A DNA stretch of 64,000 nucleotides. Origin: Octopus sinensis (Eukaryota). The notes under the pieces are model-generated. The model was not told where the DNA came from and searched no databases. It was given only the letters and a program-made list of their open reading frames with translations. Numbering within the stretch: the stretch's first letter is position 1; each line of letters begins with the position of its first letter. Below are positions 25,325-37,800 of this stretch, piece by piece. The translations under genes were made by a program, and so were the position numbers. The DNA lies in assembly GCF_006345805.1 (NCBI RefSeq), contig NC_043023.1:14756001-14820000 (forward strand), written 5' to 3'.

Positions 25325-26044
25325 AGGCGTAGGAGTGGCTGTGTGGTACATAGCTTGCTTACCAACCACATGGTTCCAGGTTCAGTCCCACTGCGTGGCA
25401 CCTTGCGCAAGTGTCTTCTACTATAGCTTCGGGCTGACCAAAGCCTTGTGAGTGTATTTGGTAGATGGAAACTGAAAGAAGCCTGTCGTATATATGTATA
25501 TGTATGTGTGTGTATATGTTTGTGTGTCTGTGTTTGTCCCTCTAGCATTGCTTGACAACCGATGCTGGTGTGTTTAAGTCCCCATCACTTAGCGGTTCGG
25601 CAAAAGACACTGATAGAATAAGTTCTAGGCTTACAAAGAATAAGTCCTGGGGTCGATTTGCTCGACTAAAGGTGATGCTCCAGCATGGCCACAGTCAAAT
25701 GACTGAAACAAGTAAAAACGAAAGAAAGATATATCATATATTAGTGCTTTCGTCCATTCTAGTGGAGTCTTCAAATTGAACATATATACATATGTATATA
25801 TTTGTGTTTGTCCCCCAATTATCGCTTGAACAACCGATGTTAGTGTGTTACGTCGTCGTAAACAAGCGGTTCAGCAAAAGAGACTGATAGAATAAGTACA
25901 GGCTTACAAAGAATAAGTCCTGCGCCTATGAACATATATAGGCTATAGTAGAAGACACTTGCCCAAGGTGCCACGCAGTGGGATTGAACCCGGAACCATG
26001 TGGTTGGTAAGCAAGCTACTTACCACACAGCCATTCCTGCGCCT
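25325..26044. mobile_element. SINE family A full copy (+, 25325-25725) followed by body (+) and head (-) fragments
   Basis: Sequence identity to other copies. Confidence 0.82.
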
Positions 26045-26439
26045 ATATATATATGTATACACTCACACACACCTAGATTGTAAAGTTATATGTCTAAATA
26101 CATGTTATTCTGATACGGTTCCTTTTAACTCAGATGGATTAATCCGAGTTGTGGGTGTTAGGTTTATGTTAGTTAGGTATGGTTAAGATTGTAATTTGTG
26201 AATGAGTGCTTCGGTGCATGTAGGCATCTAGGTAAATGCTTTGGAAATAACTTACACATGCAAGTGCCACCAGTCGAAAGCTCCGCATACCAGAAGCCAG
26301 CAAGTGTATAGGGTCATCAGGAAAGAATGTGCTTCATTTCGGGGTCTACCTCTCAACGGTATCAATGCACACTGGCCCACCTCACTGATATGAGGCCCCA
26401 CTTGCTAAATCAACTGGTTATCAAATAAAGCTCAATATT

Positions 26440-26790
26440 CTTCTAGCCATCACTCATGATCTCTTTTTAACCAAATCCAGTGTTCCATAAATCTATTTTG
26501 AGAGTGACTCGCATGTTTGATTATAGACCAGGTCAGCTCATATATTGCCTTTGCTTCCTTGAACATCCACATCAAATCAGCCAGTGATGTTACATGCTAT
26601 TTAAGAATTTTTCAAAAGCTGGCAATGTGGTTACGATATTGATTTTTGAAAATATCTGCCAAGGCTCCAATATATACATAGGGGTCTCCTCTAGTGTTTA
26701 CAGTGCACTTCTATACCACATTTTTGATCATACATTGATTGTCCAAAGGACATTTGAATTTGTCTCTGCATGAGTATAACTGGTTGGTTC
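26440..26790 (-). pseudogene. Penelope-like GIY-YIG endonuclease remnant
   Basis: SCRDKFKCPLDNQCMIKNVV*KCTV...YVYIGA...YRNHIASF: Cys-rich linker plus VY-YIG, with stops. Confidence 0.7.
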
Positions 26791-26999
26791 TTTTGTTTGT
26801 TTTGTGCTGCAAGCACTAGATGAATTGGAACATGATATTAATTAATGATGATGATGACATACATATATACATTAGTATCAACAGGTGAGAATGAGTGTTC
26901 AATACCATATTTGTGGGTAAATATTCTTTATTTCTGAATTAACACGGCAACCAGTGGTTTCACGTAAAGGGATAATCACATTTATTCAAGCGAGCCACA

Positions 27000-27230
27000 T
27001 GGGAATGATAAGAATCCTCATCATCAAGAGTCCCCGTCTAATGCAGCCAGTTGTTGGGATGTTACTTTTGACACTTTCATTGTCAGCCTTTGTCATGTGT
27101 AGCATGTTCACTGTGTTGTGACCTGACCAGTCTTTGATGTTGTCAAACCAGGATTTTCCTTGTCACCTCTCTTTCAACCTACCTCAACAGTGCCCTGAAG
27201 AACGATTTTGCACAGGAAGCTATGGCAGAA
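27000..27230 (-). mobile_element. Old RTE-like LINE 3' fragment
   Basis: Degenerate QGKSWFDNIKDWSG motif. Confidence 0.5.
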
Positions 27231-27557
27231 TACAGGTGAGAATACACAAGGTCGATTAAAACTGCAATATTTCAAACTAAATACACAGACCAGGGGAGAT
27301 AATTAATGTAAATTTCTCAACTGTTATCTCCCTTGTATTGGTGTGGGAGGTCTGTAACAAGAATCTGTTTTCTATAGATAAATCACTTCCTTAATTGTCT
27401 TACATGAGAACACTCATACACACTTATATATATAAACACACACATATATATATACATATATATAGATACATATATATATATATGTATACGCTGCAATTGT
27501 TTTCGTTTCAGCACACGATCTCAGATCAAATTACTTACTATGCGAGTACATCTCCGT

Positions 27558-27558
27558 A

Positions 27559-27629
<71 letters not shown>

Positions 27630-27725
27630 GTATACGGCCGACCACATAGTGGCTTGCCCTCCAATATACATATATATATATATATAGCATACGGCCGACC
27701 ACATAGTGGCTTGCCCTCCAAATAT

Positions 27726-27774
<49 letters not shown>

Positions 27775-27958
27775 CATATATATATATATAATATACATAA
27801 ATATATATATACATATAGATACATATATATATATATACATATAGATACATATATATAGATATATATATATAGAGATATATAGATACATATATATATAGAT
27901 ATAGATACAAATATATATATAGATACAGATACAAATATATATATAGATACACACACAC

Positions 27959-27998
<40 letters not shown>
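27558..27998. repeat. (TA)n tract containing two copies of a 33-bp motif
   Basis: ATACGGCCGACCACATAGTGGCTTGCCCTCCAA at ~27632 and ~27689. Confidence 0.85.
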
Positions 27999-28001
<3 letters not shown>

Positions 28002-28380
28002 TGTTGCACAAAATAATGGAAACACCTTAAAATTTCAAGCAAAATTATTCTAATACGGGGTAGGACCAACTTTGGCAGTAATTACAGCTTGAATTCTATG
28101 AGGTATGGACTTGTACAAAATTTGAACTGTTTCCAAAGGAATTTTTGCCCGTTCTTCACCTAAAACAGTCTCCAGTTCTCGTAGCGATGATGGTGGAGGA
28201 TATCAACTCCTTACTTGTTTTTTCTAAAATGCAGCATAAATGTTCAATAATGTGGAGATCTGGGGACTGTGATGATCAGATAAGATGTTCAACTTCACTA
28301 GAATGTTCCTCATGCCATTCAGTAACAACTTTAGCTGTGTGAATTGGTGCATTATCATCCTGAAAGATTGCGTGGATCTT
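27998..28380 (-). mobile_element. Tc1-like transposon 3' fragment
   Basis: [44 protein letters not shown] followed by a TIR-like end next to (TA)n. Confidence 0.85.
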
Positions 28381-28584
28381 TACCTTTTGACCTACAGATT
28401 TAAAAAATAATTTTTTACATGTGTGCATGTATGTATATGTGTGTATGTATCCTTGTAGAGAGAGAGAGAGAGAGACTACTATAAAATTACAGTGTGTGTG
28501 AAAATCATTTTTTAAGGGAGAGAAATGCTTCAAGATGTGTTTCTGATCTATTCTTCTTTTTCATTGTCTTTAGGGGTCCTTTTC

Positions 28585-28825
28585 CTATGAGTAAAAGAGT
28601 AAACAGTACTTCCAAGTTCCGTAAAATCCATTTATTGGACATGCCCGTAGTTGTAGATCTTCTTCTTCTTGTCTTAAGACAGCATTCACCCAGGGTGGGT
28701 TGAGCTGGCTTCATTCCTCCTCAATGCTGCATCTCTCACAAACGCTGACCAGACCTGGCGATTTGTGGCTAGCGACCACATGATCTCCAACCACTCCCTA
28801 TTCCAGCGGCGAATGCCGTAGATAT
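28585..28825 (-). mobile_element. Left inverted-repeat arm: 3' end of an RTE-clade LINE
   Basis: Minus strand continues in frame from the array: GPHIYGIRRWNREWLEIMWSLATNRQVWSAFVRDAALRRNEASSTHPG*, then (AAG)n and ~70 bp more. Confidence 0.85.
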
Positions 28826-28832
28826 GGGGGCC

Positions 28833-31800
28833 TAGGTTGGGTTCCAAATCAGCCTTGACTGTCATCAGTCAGGTTTTTCATTGTCCACCACAACGCTTTT
28901 GCCAACCCTGAAGGGGAGCTGGGGCAATTGCTTCGTAGGTTGGGTTCCAGATCAGCCTTGACTGTTATCAGCCAGGTTTTTCATTGTCCACCACATCGCT
29001 TTCGCCAACGATGAGAGGGAAGCTGGGGCAATTGCTTCATAGGTTGGGTTCCAGATCAGCCTTGACTGTCATCAGCCAGGTTTTTCGTTGTCCACCACAT
29101 CGCTTTCGCAAACCATGAGAGGGAAGCTGAGGCAATTGCTTCGTAGGTTGGGTTCCAGATAAGCCTTGACTGTCATCAGCCAGGTTTTTCGTTGTCCACC
29201 ACATCACTTTCGCCAACAATGAGAGGGAAGCTGGGACAATTGCTTCGTAGGTTGGGTTCCAGATCAGTCTTGACTGTCATCAGCCAGATTTTTCATTGTC
29301 CACCACATCACTTTCGCCAACAATGAGAGGGAAGCTGGGGCAATTGCTTCGTAGGTTGGGGTCCAGATCAGCCCTGACTGTCATCAGCCAGGTTTTTCGT
29401 TGTCCACCACATCGCTTTCGCCAACAAGGAGAGGGAAGCTGGAGCAATTGCTTCGTAGGTGGGTTCCAGATCAGCCTTGACTGTCATCAGCCAGGTTTTT
29501 CGTTGTCCACCACATCGCTTTCGCCAACCCTGAGAGGGGAGCTGGGGCAATTGCTTCGTAGGTTGGGTTCCAGATAAGCCTTGACTGTCATCAGCCAGGT
29601 TTTTCGTTGTCCAGCACATCACTTTCGCCAGCAATGAGAGGGAAGCTGGGGCAATTGCTTCGTAGGTTGGGTTCCAGATCAGCCTTGACTGTCATCAGCC
29701 AGGTTTTTTGTTGTCCACCACATCGCTTTCGCCAACAATGAGAGGAGAGCTGGGACAATTGCTTCGTAGGTTGGGTTCCAGATCAGCCTTGACTGTCATC
29801 AGCCAGGTTTTTTGTTGTTCACCACATCGCTTTCGGCAACCATGAGAGGGAAGCTGGGGCAATTGCTTCGTAGGTTGGGTTCCAGATCAGCCTTGACTGT
29901 CATCAGCCAGGTTTTTTTTGTCCACCACATCACTTTCGCCAACAATGAGAGGAAGCTGGGGCAATTGCTTCATAGGTTGGGTTCCAGATCAGCCTTGACT
30001 GTCATCAGCCAGGTTTTTCGTTGTCCACCACATCGCTTTCGCCAACCCTGAGAGGGGAGCTGGGGCAATTGCTTCGTAGGTTGGGTTCCAGATCAGCCTT
30101 GACTGTCATCAGCCAGGTTTTTCGTTGTCCACCACATCGCTTTCGCCAACAATGAGAGGGGAGCTGGGGCAATTGCTTCGTAGGTTGGGTTCCAGATCAG
30201 CATTGACTGTCATCAGCCAGTTTTTCGTTGTCCACCACATCGCTTTCGCCAACAATGAGAGGGAAGCTGGGGCAATTGCTTCGTAGGTTGGGTTCCAGAT
30301 CAGCCTTGACTGTCATCAGCCAGGTTTTTCGTTGTCCACCACATCGCTTTCGCCAACCCTGAGAGGGGAGCTGGGGCAATTGCTTCATAGGTTGGGTTCC
30401 AGATCAGCCTTAACTGTCATCAGCCAGGTTTTTCGTTGTCCACCACATCGCTTTCGCCAACCCTGAGAGGGGAGCTGGGGCAATTGCTTCATAGGTTGGG
30501 TTCCAGATCAGCCTTAACTGTCACAGCCAGGTTTTTCGTTGTCCACCACATCGCTTTCGCCAACCCTGAGAGGGGAGCTGGGGCAATTGCTTCATAGGTT
30601 GGGTTCCAGATCAGCCTTAACTGTCATCAGCCAGGTTTTTCGTTGTCCACCACATCGCTTTCGCCAACCATGAGAGGGGAGCTGGGGCAATTGCTTCATA
30701 GGTTGGGTTCCAGATCAGCCTTAACAGTCACAGCCAGGTTTTTCGTTGTCCACCACATCGCTTTCGCCAACCCTGAGAGGGGAGCTGGGGCAATTGCTTC
30801 ATAGGTTGGGTTCCAGATCAGCCTTAACTGTCATCAGCCAGGTTTTTCGTTGTCCACATCGCTTTCGCCAACCCTGAGAGGGGAGCTGGGGCAATTGCTT
30901 CATAGGTTGGGTTCCAGATCAGCCTTAACAGTCACAGCCAGGTTTTTCGTTGTCCACCACATCGCTTTCGCCAACCCTGGGAGGGGAGCTAGGGCAATTG
31001 CTTCATAGGTTGGTTTCCAGATCAGCCTTAACTGTCATCAGCCAGGTTTTTTGTTGTCCACCACATCGCTTTCGCCAACCCTGAGAGGTGAGCTGGGGCA
31101 ATTGCTTCATAGGTTGGGTTCCAGATCAGCCTTAACTGTCATCAGCCAGGTTTTTCGTTGTCCACATTGCTTTCGCCAACCCTGAGAGGTGAGCTGGGGC
31201 AATTGCTTCATAGGTTGGGTTCCAGATCAGCCTTGACTGTCATCAGCCAGGTTTTTCGTTGTCCACCACATCGCTTTCGCCAACAATGAGAGGGAAGCTG
31301 GGGCAATTGCTTCGTAGGTTGGGTTCCAGATCAGCCTTGACTGTCATCAGCCAGGTTTTTCGTTGTCCACCACATCGCTTTCGCCAACAATGAGAGGGAA
31401 GCTGGGGCAATTGCTTCGTAGGTTGGGTTCCAGATCAGCCTTGACTGTCATCAGCCAGGATTTTTGTTTGTCCACACATCGCTTTCGCCAACCATGAGAG
31501 GGGAGCTGGGGCAATTGCTTCGTAGGTTGGGTTCCAGATCAGCCTTGACTGTCATCAGCCAGGTTTTTCGTTGTCCACCACATCGCTTTCGCCAACCCTA
31601 AAGGGGAGCTGGGGCAATTGCTTCATAGGTTGGGTTCCAGATCAGCCTTAACTGTCATCAGCCAGGATTTTCGTTGTCCACCACATCGCTTTCGCCAACC
31701 ATGAGAGGGGAGCTGGGGCAATTGCTTCGTAGGTTGGGTTCCAGATCAGCCTTGACTGTCATCAGCCAGGTTTTTCGTTGTCCACCACATCGCTTTCGCC

Positions 31801-34800
31801 AACGCTGAGAGGGGAGCTGGGGCAATTGCTTCATAGGTTGGGTTCCAGATCAGCCTTAACTGTCATCAGCCAGGATTTTCGTTGTCCACCACATCGCTTT
31901 CGCCAACTCTGAGTAGGGGAGCTGGGGCAATTGCTTCATAGGTTGGGTTCCAGATCAGCCTTAACTGTCACAGCCAGGTTTTTTGTTGTCCACCACATCG
32001 CTTTCGCCAACCCTGAGGGTGAGCTGGGGCAATTGCTTCATAGGTTGGGTTCCAGATCAGCCTTAACTGTCATCAGCCAGCTTTTTTGTTGTCCACCACA
32101 TCACTTTCGCCAACCCTGAGAGGTGAGCTGGGGCAATTGCTTCGTAGGTTGGGTTCCAGATCAGCCTTGACTGTCATCAGCCAGGTTTTTTGTTGTCCAC
32201 CACATCGCTTTCGCCAACAATGAGAGGAGAGCTGGGACAATTGCTTCGTAGGTTGGGTTCCAGATCAGCCTTGACTGTCATCAGCCAGGTTTTTTGTTGT
32301 CCACCACATCACTTTCGCCAACCCTGAGAGGGGAGCTGGGGCAATTGCTTCGTAGGTTGGGTTCCAGATCAGCCTTGACTGTCATCAGCCAGGTTTTTTG
32401 TTGTTCACCACATCGCTTTCGCCAACCATGAGAGGGGAGCTGGGGCAATTGCTTCGTAGGTTGGGTTCCAGATCAGCCTTGACTGTCATCAGCCAGGTTT
32501 TTTGTTGTCCACCACATCACTTTCGCCAACCCTGAGAGGGGAGCTGGGGCAATTGTTGCTTCGTGTTGGGTTCCAGATCAGCCTTGACTGTCATCAGCCA
32601 GGTTTTTCGTTGTCCACATCGCATTCGCCAACCCTGAGAGGGGAGCTGGGGCAATTGCTTCGTAGGTTGGGTTCCAGATCAGCCTTGATTGTCATCAGCC
32701 AGGTTTTTCGTTGTCCACATCGCTTTCGACAACAATGAGAGGAGAGCTGGACAATTGCTTCATAGGTTGGTTCCAGATCAGCCTTGATTGTCATCAGCCA
32801 GGTTTTTTGTTGTTCACCACATCGCTTTCGCCAACCATGAGAGGGAAGCTGGGGCAATTGCTTCGTAGGTTGGGTTCCAGATCAGCCTTGACTGTCATCA
32901 GCCAGGTTTTTTGTTGTGTCCACCACATCTTTCGCAAACCCTGAGAGGGGAGCTGGGGCAATTGCTTCGTAGGTTGGGTTCCAGATCAGCCTTGACTGTC
33001 ATCAGCCAGGTTTTTCGTTGTCTTGTCCACCACATCGCTTTCGCCAACCCTGAAGGGGAGCTGGGGCAATTGCTTCGTAGGTTGGGTTCCAGATCAGCCT
33101 TGACTGTCATCAGCCAGGTTTTTCGTTGTTCACCACATCGCTTTCGCCAACACTGAAGGGGAGCTGGGGCAATTGCTTCGTAGGTTGGGTTCCAGATGAG
33201 CCTTGACTGTCATCAGCCAGGTTTTTCTTGTTTTCACCACATCGCTTTCGCCAACCATGAGAGGGAAGCTGGGGCAATTGCTTCGTAGGTTGGGTTCCAG
33301 ATCAGCCTTGACTGTCATCAGCCAGGTTTTTTGTTGTCCACCACATCGCTTTCGTCAACCATGAGAGGAGAGCTGGGGCAATTGCTTCGTAGGTTGGGTT
33401 CCAGATCAGCCTTGACTGTCATCAGCCAGGTTTTTCGTTGTCCACCACATCGCTTTCGCCAACCCTGAGAGGGGAGCTGGGGCAATTGCTTTGTAGGTTG
33501 GGTTCCAGATCAGCCTTGACTGTCATCAGCCAGGTTTTTTTGTTTTCCACCACATCGCTTTCGCCAACCATGAGAGAGGAGCTGGGGCAATTGCTTCGTA
33601 GGTTGGGTTCCAGAACAACCTTGACTGGCATCAGCCAGGTTTTTTGTTGTCCACCACATCGCTTTCGCCAACCATGAGAGGGAAGCTGGGGCAATTGCTT
33701 CGTAGGTTGGGTTCCAGATCAGCCTTGACTGTCATCAGCCAGTTTTTTTGTTGTCCACCACATCGCTTTCGCCAACCATGAGAAAGGAGCTGGGGCAATT
33801 GCTTCGTAGGTTGGGTTCCAGATCAGCCTTGACTGTCATCAGCCAGGTTTTTTGTTGTCCACCACATCGCTTTCGCCAACCATGAGAGGGGAGCTGGGGC
33901 AATTGCTTCGTTGGTTGGGTTCCAGATCAGCCTTGACTGTCATCAGCCAGGTTTTTTGTTGTCCACCACATCGCTTTCGCCAACAATGACAGGAGAGCTG
34001 GGACAATTGCTTCGTAGGTTGGGTTCCAGATCAGCCTTGACTGTCATCAGCCAGGTTTTTTGTTGTTCACCACATCACTTTCGCCAACCATGAGAGGGAA
34101 GCTGGGGCAATTGCTTCGTAGGTTGGGTTCCAGATCAGCCTTGACTGTCATCAGCCAGGTTTTTTGTTGTCCACCACATCACTTTCGCCAACCCTGAGAG
34201 GGGAGCTGGGGCAATTGCTTCGTAGGTTGGGTTCCAGATCAGCCTTGACTGTCATCAGCCAGGTTTTTCGTTGTCCACATCGCTTTCGCCAACCATGAGA
34301 GGGGAGCTGGGGCAATTGCTTCGTAGGTTGGGTTCCAGATCAGCCTTGACTGTCATCAGCCAGGTTTTTCGTTGTCCACCACATCGCTTTCGCCAACAAT
34401 GAGAGGGAAGCTGGGGCAATTGCTTCGTAGGTTGGGTTCCAGATCAGCCTTGACTGTCATCAGCCAGGTTTTTCGTTGTCCACCACATCGCTTTCGCCAA
34501 CCATGAGAGGGAAGCTGGGGCAATTGCTTCGTAGGTTGGGTTCCAGATCAGCCTTGACTGTCATCAGCCAGGTTTTTTGTTGTCCACCACATCGCTTTCG
34601 CCAACCATGAGAGGGGAGCTGGGGCAATTGCTTGGAAGGTTGGGTTCCAGATCAGCCTTGACTGTCATCAGCCAGGTTTTTCGTTGTTCACCACATCGCT
34701 TTCGCCAACCATGAGAGGGAAGCTGGGGCAATTGCTTCGTAGGTTGGGTTCCAGATCAGCCTTGACTGGCATCAGCCAGGTTTTTTGTTGTCCACCACAT

Positions 34801-37800
34801 CGCTTTCGTCAACCATGAGAGGGGAGCTGGGGCAATTGCTTCGTAGGTTGGGTTCCAGATCAGCCTTGACTGTCATCAGCCAGGTTTTTTGTTGTCCACC
34901 ACATCGCTTTCGCCAACCATGAGAGGGGAGCTGGGGCAATTGCTTCGTAGGTTGGGTTCCAGATCAGCCTTGACTGTCATCAGCCAGGATTTTTGTTGTC
35001 CACCACATCGCTTTCGCCAACCATGAGAGGGGAGCTGGGGCAATTGATTGGAAGGTTGGGTTCCAGATCAGCCTTGACTGTCATCAGCCAGGTTTTTCGT
35101 GTTGTTCATCCCACATCGCTTTCGCCAACCATCAGAGGGAAGCTGGGGCAATTGCTTCGTAGGTTGGGTTCCAGATCAGCCTTGACTGTCATCAGCCAGG
35201 TTTTTCGTGTCACCACATCGCTTCGCCAACCTGCAAGAGGGAAGCTGGGGCAATTGCTTCGTAGGTTGGGTTCCAGATCAGCCTTGACTGTCATCAGCCA
35301 GGTTTTTCGTTGTTCACCACATCGCTTTCGCCAACCATCAGAGGGAAGCTGGGGCAATTGCTTCGTAGGTTGGGTTCCAGATCAGCCTTGACTGTCATCA
35401 GCCAGGTTTTTTGTTGTCCACCACATCGCTTTCGCCATCCTGAGGGGAGCTGGGGCAATTGCTTCAAGGTTGGGTTCCAGATCAGCCTTGACTGTCATCA
35501 GCCAGGTTTTTCGTTGTCCACCACATCGCTTTCGCCAACCCCCCTGATGGGGAGCTGGGGCAATTGCTTCGTAGGTTGGGTTCCAGATCAGCCTTGACTG
35601 TCATCAGCCAGGTTTTTCGTTGTTCACCACATCGCTTTCGCCAACACTGAAGGGGAGCTGGGGCAATTGCTTCGTAGGTTGGGTTCCAGATCAGCCTTGA
35701 CTGTCATCAGCCAGGTTTTTCTTTGTTCACCACATCGCTTTCGCCAACCATGAGAGGGAAGCTGGGGCAATTGCTTCGTAGGTTGGGTTCCAGATCAGCC
35801 TTGACTGTCATCAGCCAGGTTTTTTGTTGTCCACCACATCGCTTTCGCCAACCATGAGAGGGGAGCTGGGGCAATTGCTTCGTAGGTTGGGTTCCAGATC
35901 AGCCTTGACTGTCATCAGCCAGGTTTTTCGTTGTCCACCACATCGCTTTCGCCAACCCTGAGAGGGGAGCTGGGGCAATTGCTTGTAGGTTGGGTTCCAG
36001 ATCAGCCTTGACTGTCATCAGCCAGGTTTTTTGTTTTCCACCACATCGCTTTCGCCAACCATGAGGGGAGCTGGGGCAATTGCTTCGTAGGTTGGGTTCC
36101 AGATCAGCCTTGACTGCATCAGCCAGGTTTTTTGTTGTCCACCACATCGCTTTCGCCAACCATGAGAGGGAAGCTGGGGCAATTGCTTCGTAGGTTGGGT
36201 TCCAGATCAGCCTTGACTGTCATCAGCCAGTTTTTTGTTGTCCACCACATCGCTTTCGCCAACCATGAGAGGGAGCTGGGGCAATTGCTTCGTAGGTGGG
36301 TTCCAGATCAGCCTTGACTGTCATCAGCCAGGTTTTTTTGTTGTCCACCACATCGCTTTCGCCAACCATGAGAGGGGAGCTGGGGCAATTGCTTCGTTGG
36401 TTGGGTTCCAGATCAGCCTTGACTGTCATCAGCCAGGTTTTTTGTTGTCCACCACATCGCTTTCGCCAACAATGACAGGAGAGCTGGGACAATTGCTTCG
36501 TAGGTTGGGTTCCAGATCAGCCTTGACTGTCATCAGCCAGGTTTTTTGTTGTCCACCACATCACTTTCGCCAACCCTGAGAGGGGAGCTGGGGCAATTGC
36601 TTCGTAGGTTGGGTTCCAGTTCAGCCTTGACTGTCATCAGCCAGGTTTTTCGTTGTCCACATCGCTTTCGCCAACCATGAGAGGGGAGCTGGGGCAATTG
36701 CTTCGTAGGTTGGGTTCCAGATCAGCCTTGACTGTCATCAGCCAGGTTTTTCGTTGTCCACCACATCGCTTTCGCCAACACATGAGAGGGAAGCTGGGGC
36801 AATTGCTTCGTAGGTTGGGTTCCAGATCAGCCTTGACTGTCATCAGCCAGGTTTTTCGTTGTCCACCACATCGCTTTCGCCAACCATGAGAGGGAAGCTG
36901 GGGCAATTGCTTCGTAGGTTGGGTTCCAGATCAGCCTTGACTGTCATCAGCCAGGTTTTTCGTTGTCCACCACATCGCTTTCGCCAACCCTGAAGGGGAG
37001 CTGGGGCAATTGCTTCGTAGGTTGGGTTCCAGATCAGCCTTGACTGGCATCAGCCAGGTTTTTCGTTGTTCACCACATCGCTTTCGCCAACCCTGAAGGG
37101 GAGCTGGGGCAATTGCTTCGAAGGTTGGGTTCCAGATCAGCCTTGACTGTCATCAGCCAGGTTTTTCATTGTTCACCACATCGCTTTCGCCAACCATGAG
37201 AGGGGAGCTGGGGCAATTGCTTGGAAGGTTGGGTTCCAGATCAGCCTTGACTGTCATCAGCCAGGATTTTTGTTGTCCACCACATCGCTTTCGCCAACCA
37301 TGAGAGGGGCGCTGGGGCAATTGCTTCGAAGGTTGGGTTCCAGATCAGCCTTGACTGTCATCAGCCAGGTTTTTCGTTGTTCACCACATCGCTTTCGCCA
37401 ACCATGAGAGGGAGACTGGGGCAATTGCTTCGTAGGTTGGGTTCCAGATCAGCCTTGACTGTCATCAGCCAGGTTTTTTGTTGTCCACCACATCGCTTTC
37501 GCCAACCATGAGAGGGGAGCTGGGGCAATTGCTTCGTAGGTTGGGTTCCAGATCAGCCTTGACTGTCATCAGCCAGGTTTTTTGTTGTCCACCACATCGC
37601 TTTCGCCAACAGTGAGAGGAGAGCTGGGACAATTGCTTCGTAGGTTGGGTTCCAGATCAGCCTTGACTGTCATCAGCCAGGTTTTTTGTTGTTCACCACA
37701 TCGCTTTCGCCAACCATGAGAGGGAAGCTGGGGCAATTGCTTCGTAGGTTGGGTTCCAGATCAGCCTTGACTGTCATCAGCCAGGTTTTTCGTTGTCCAC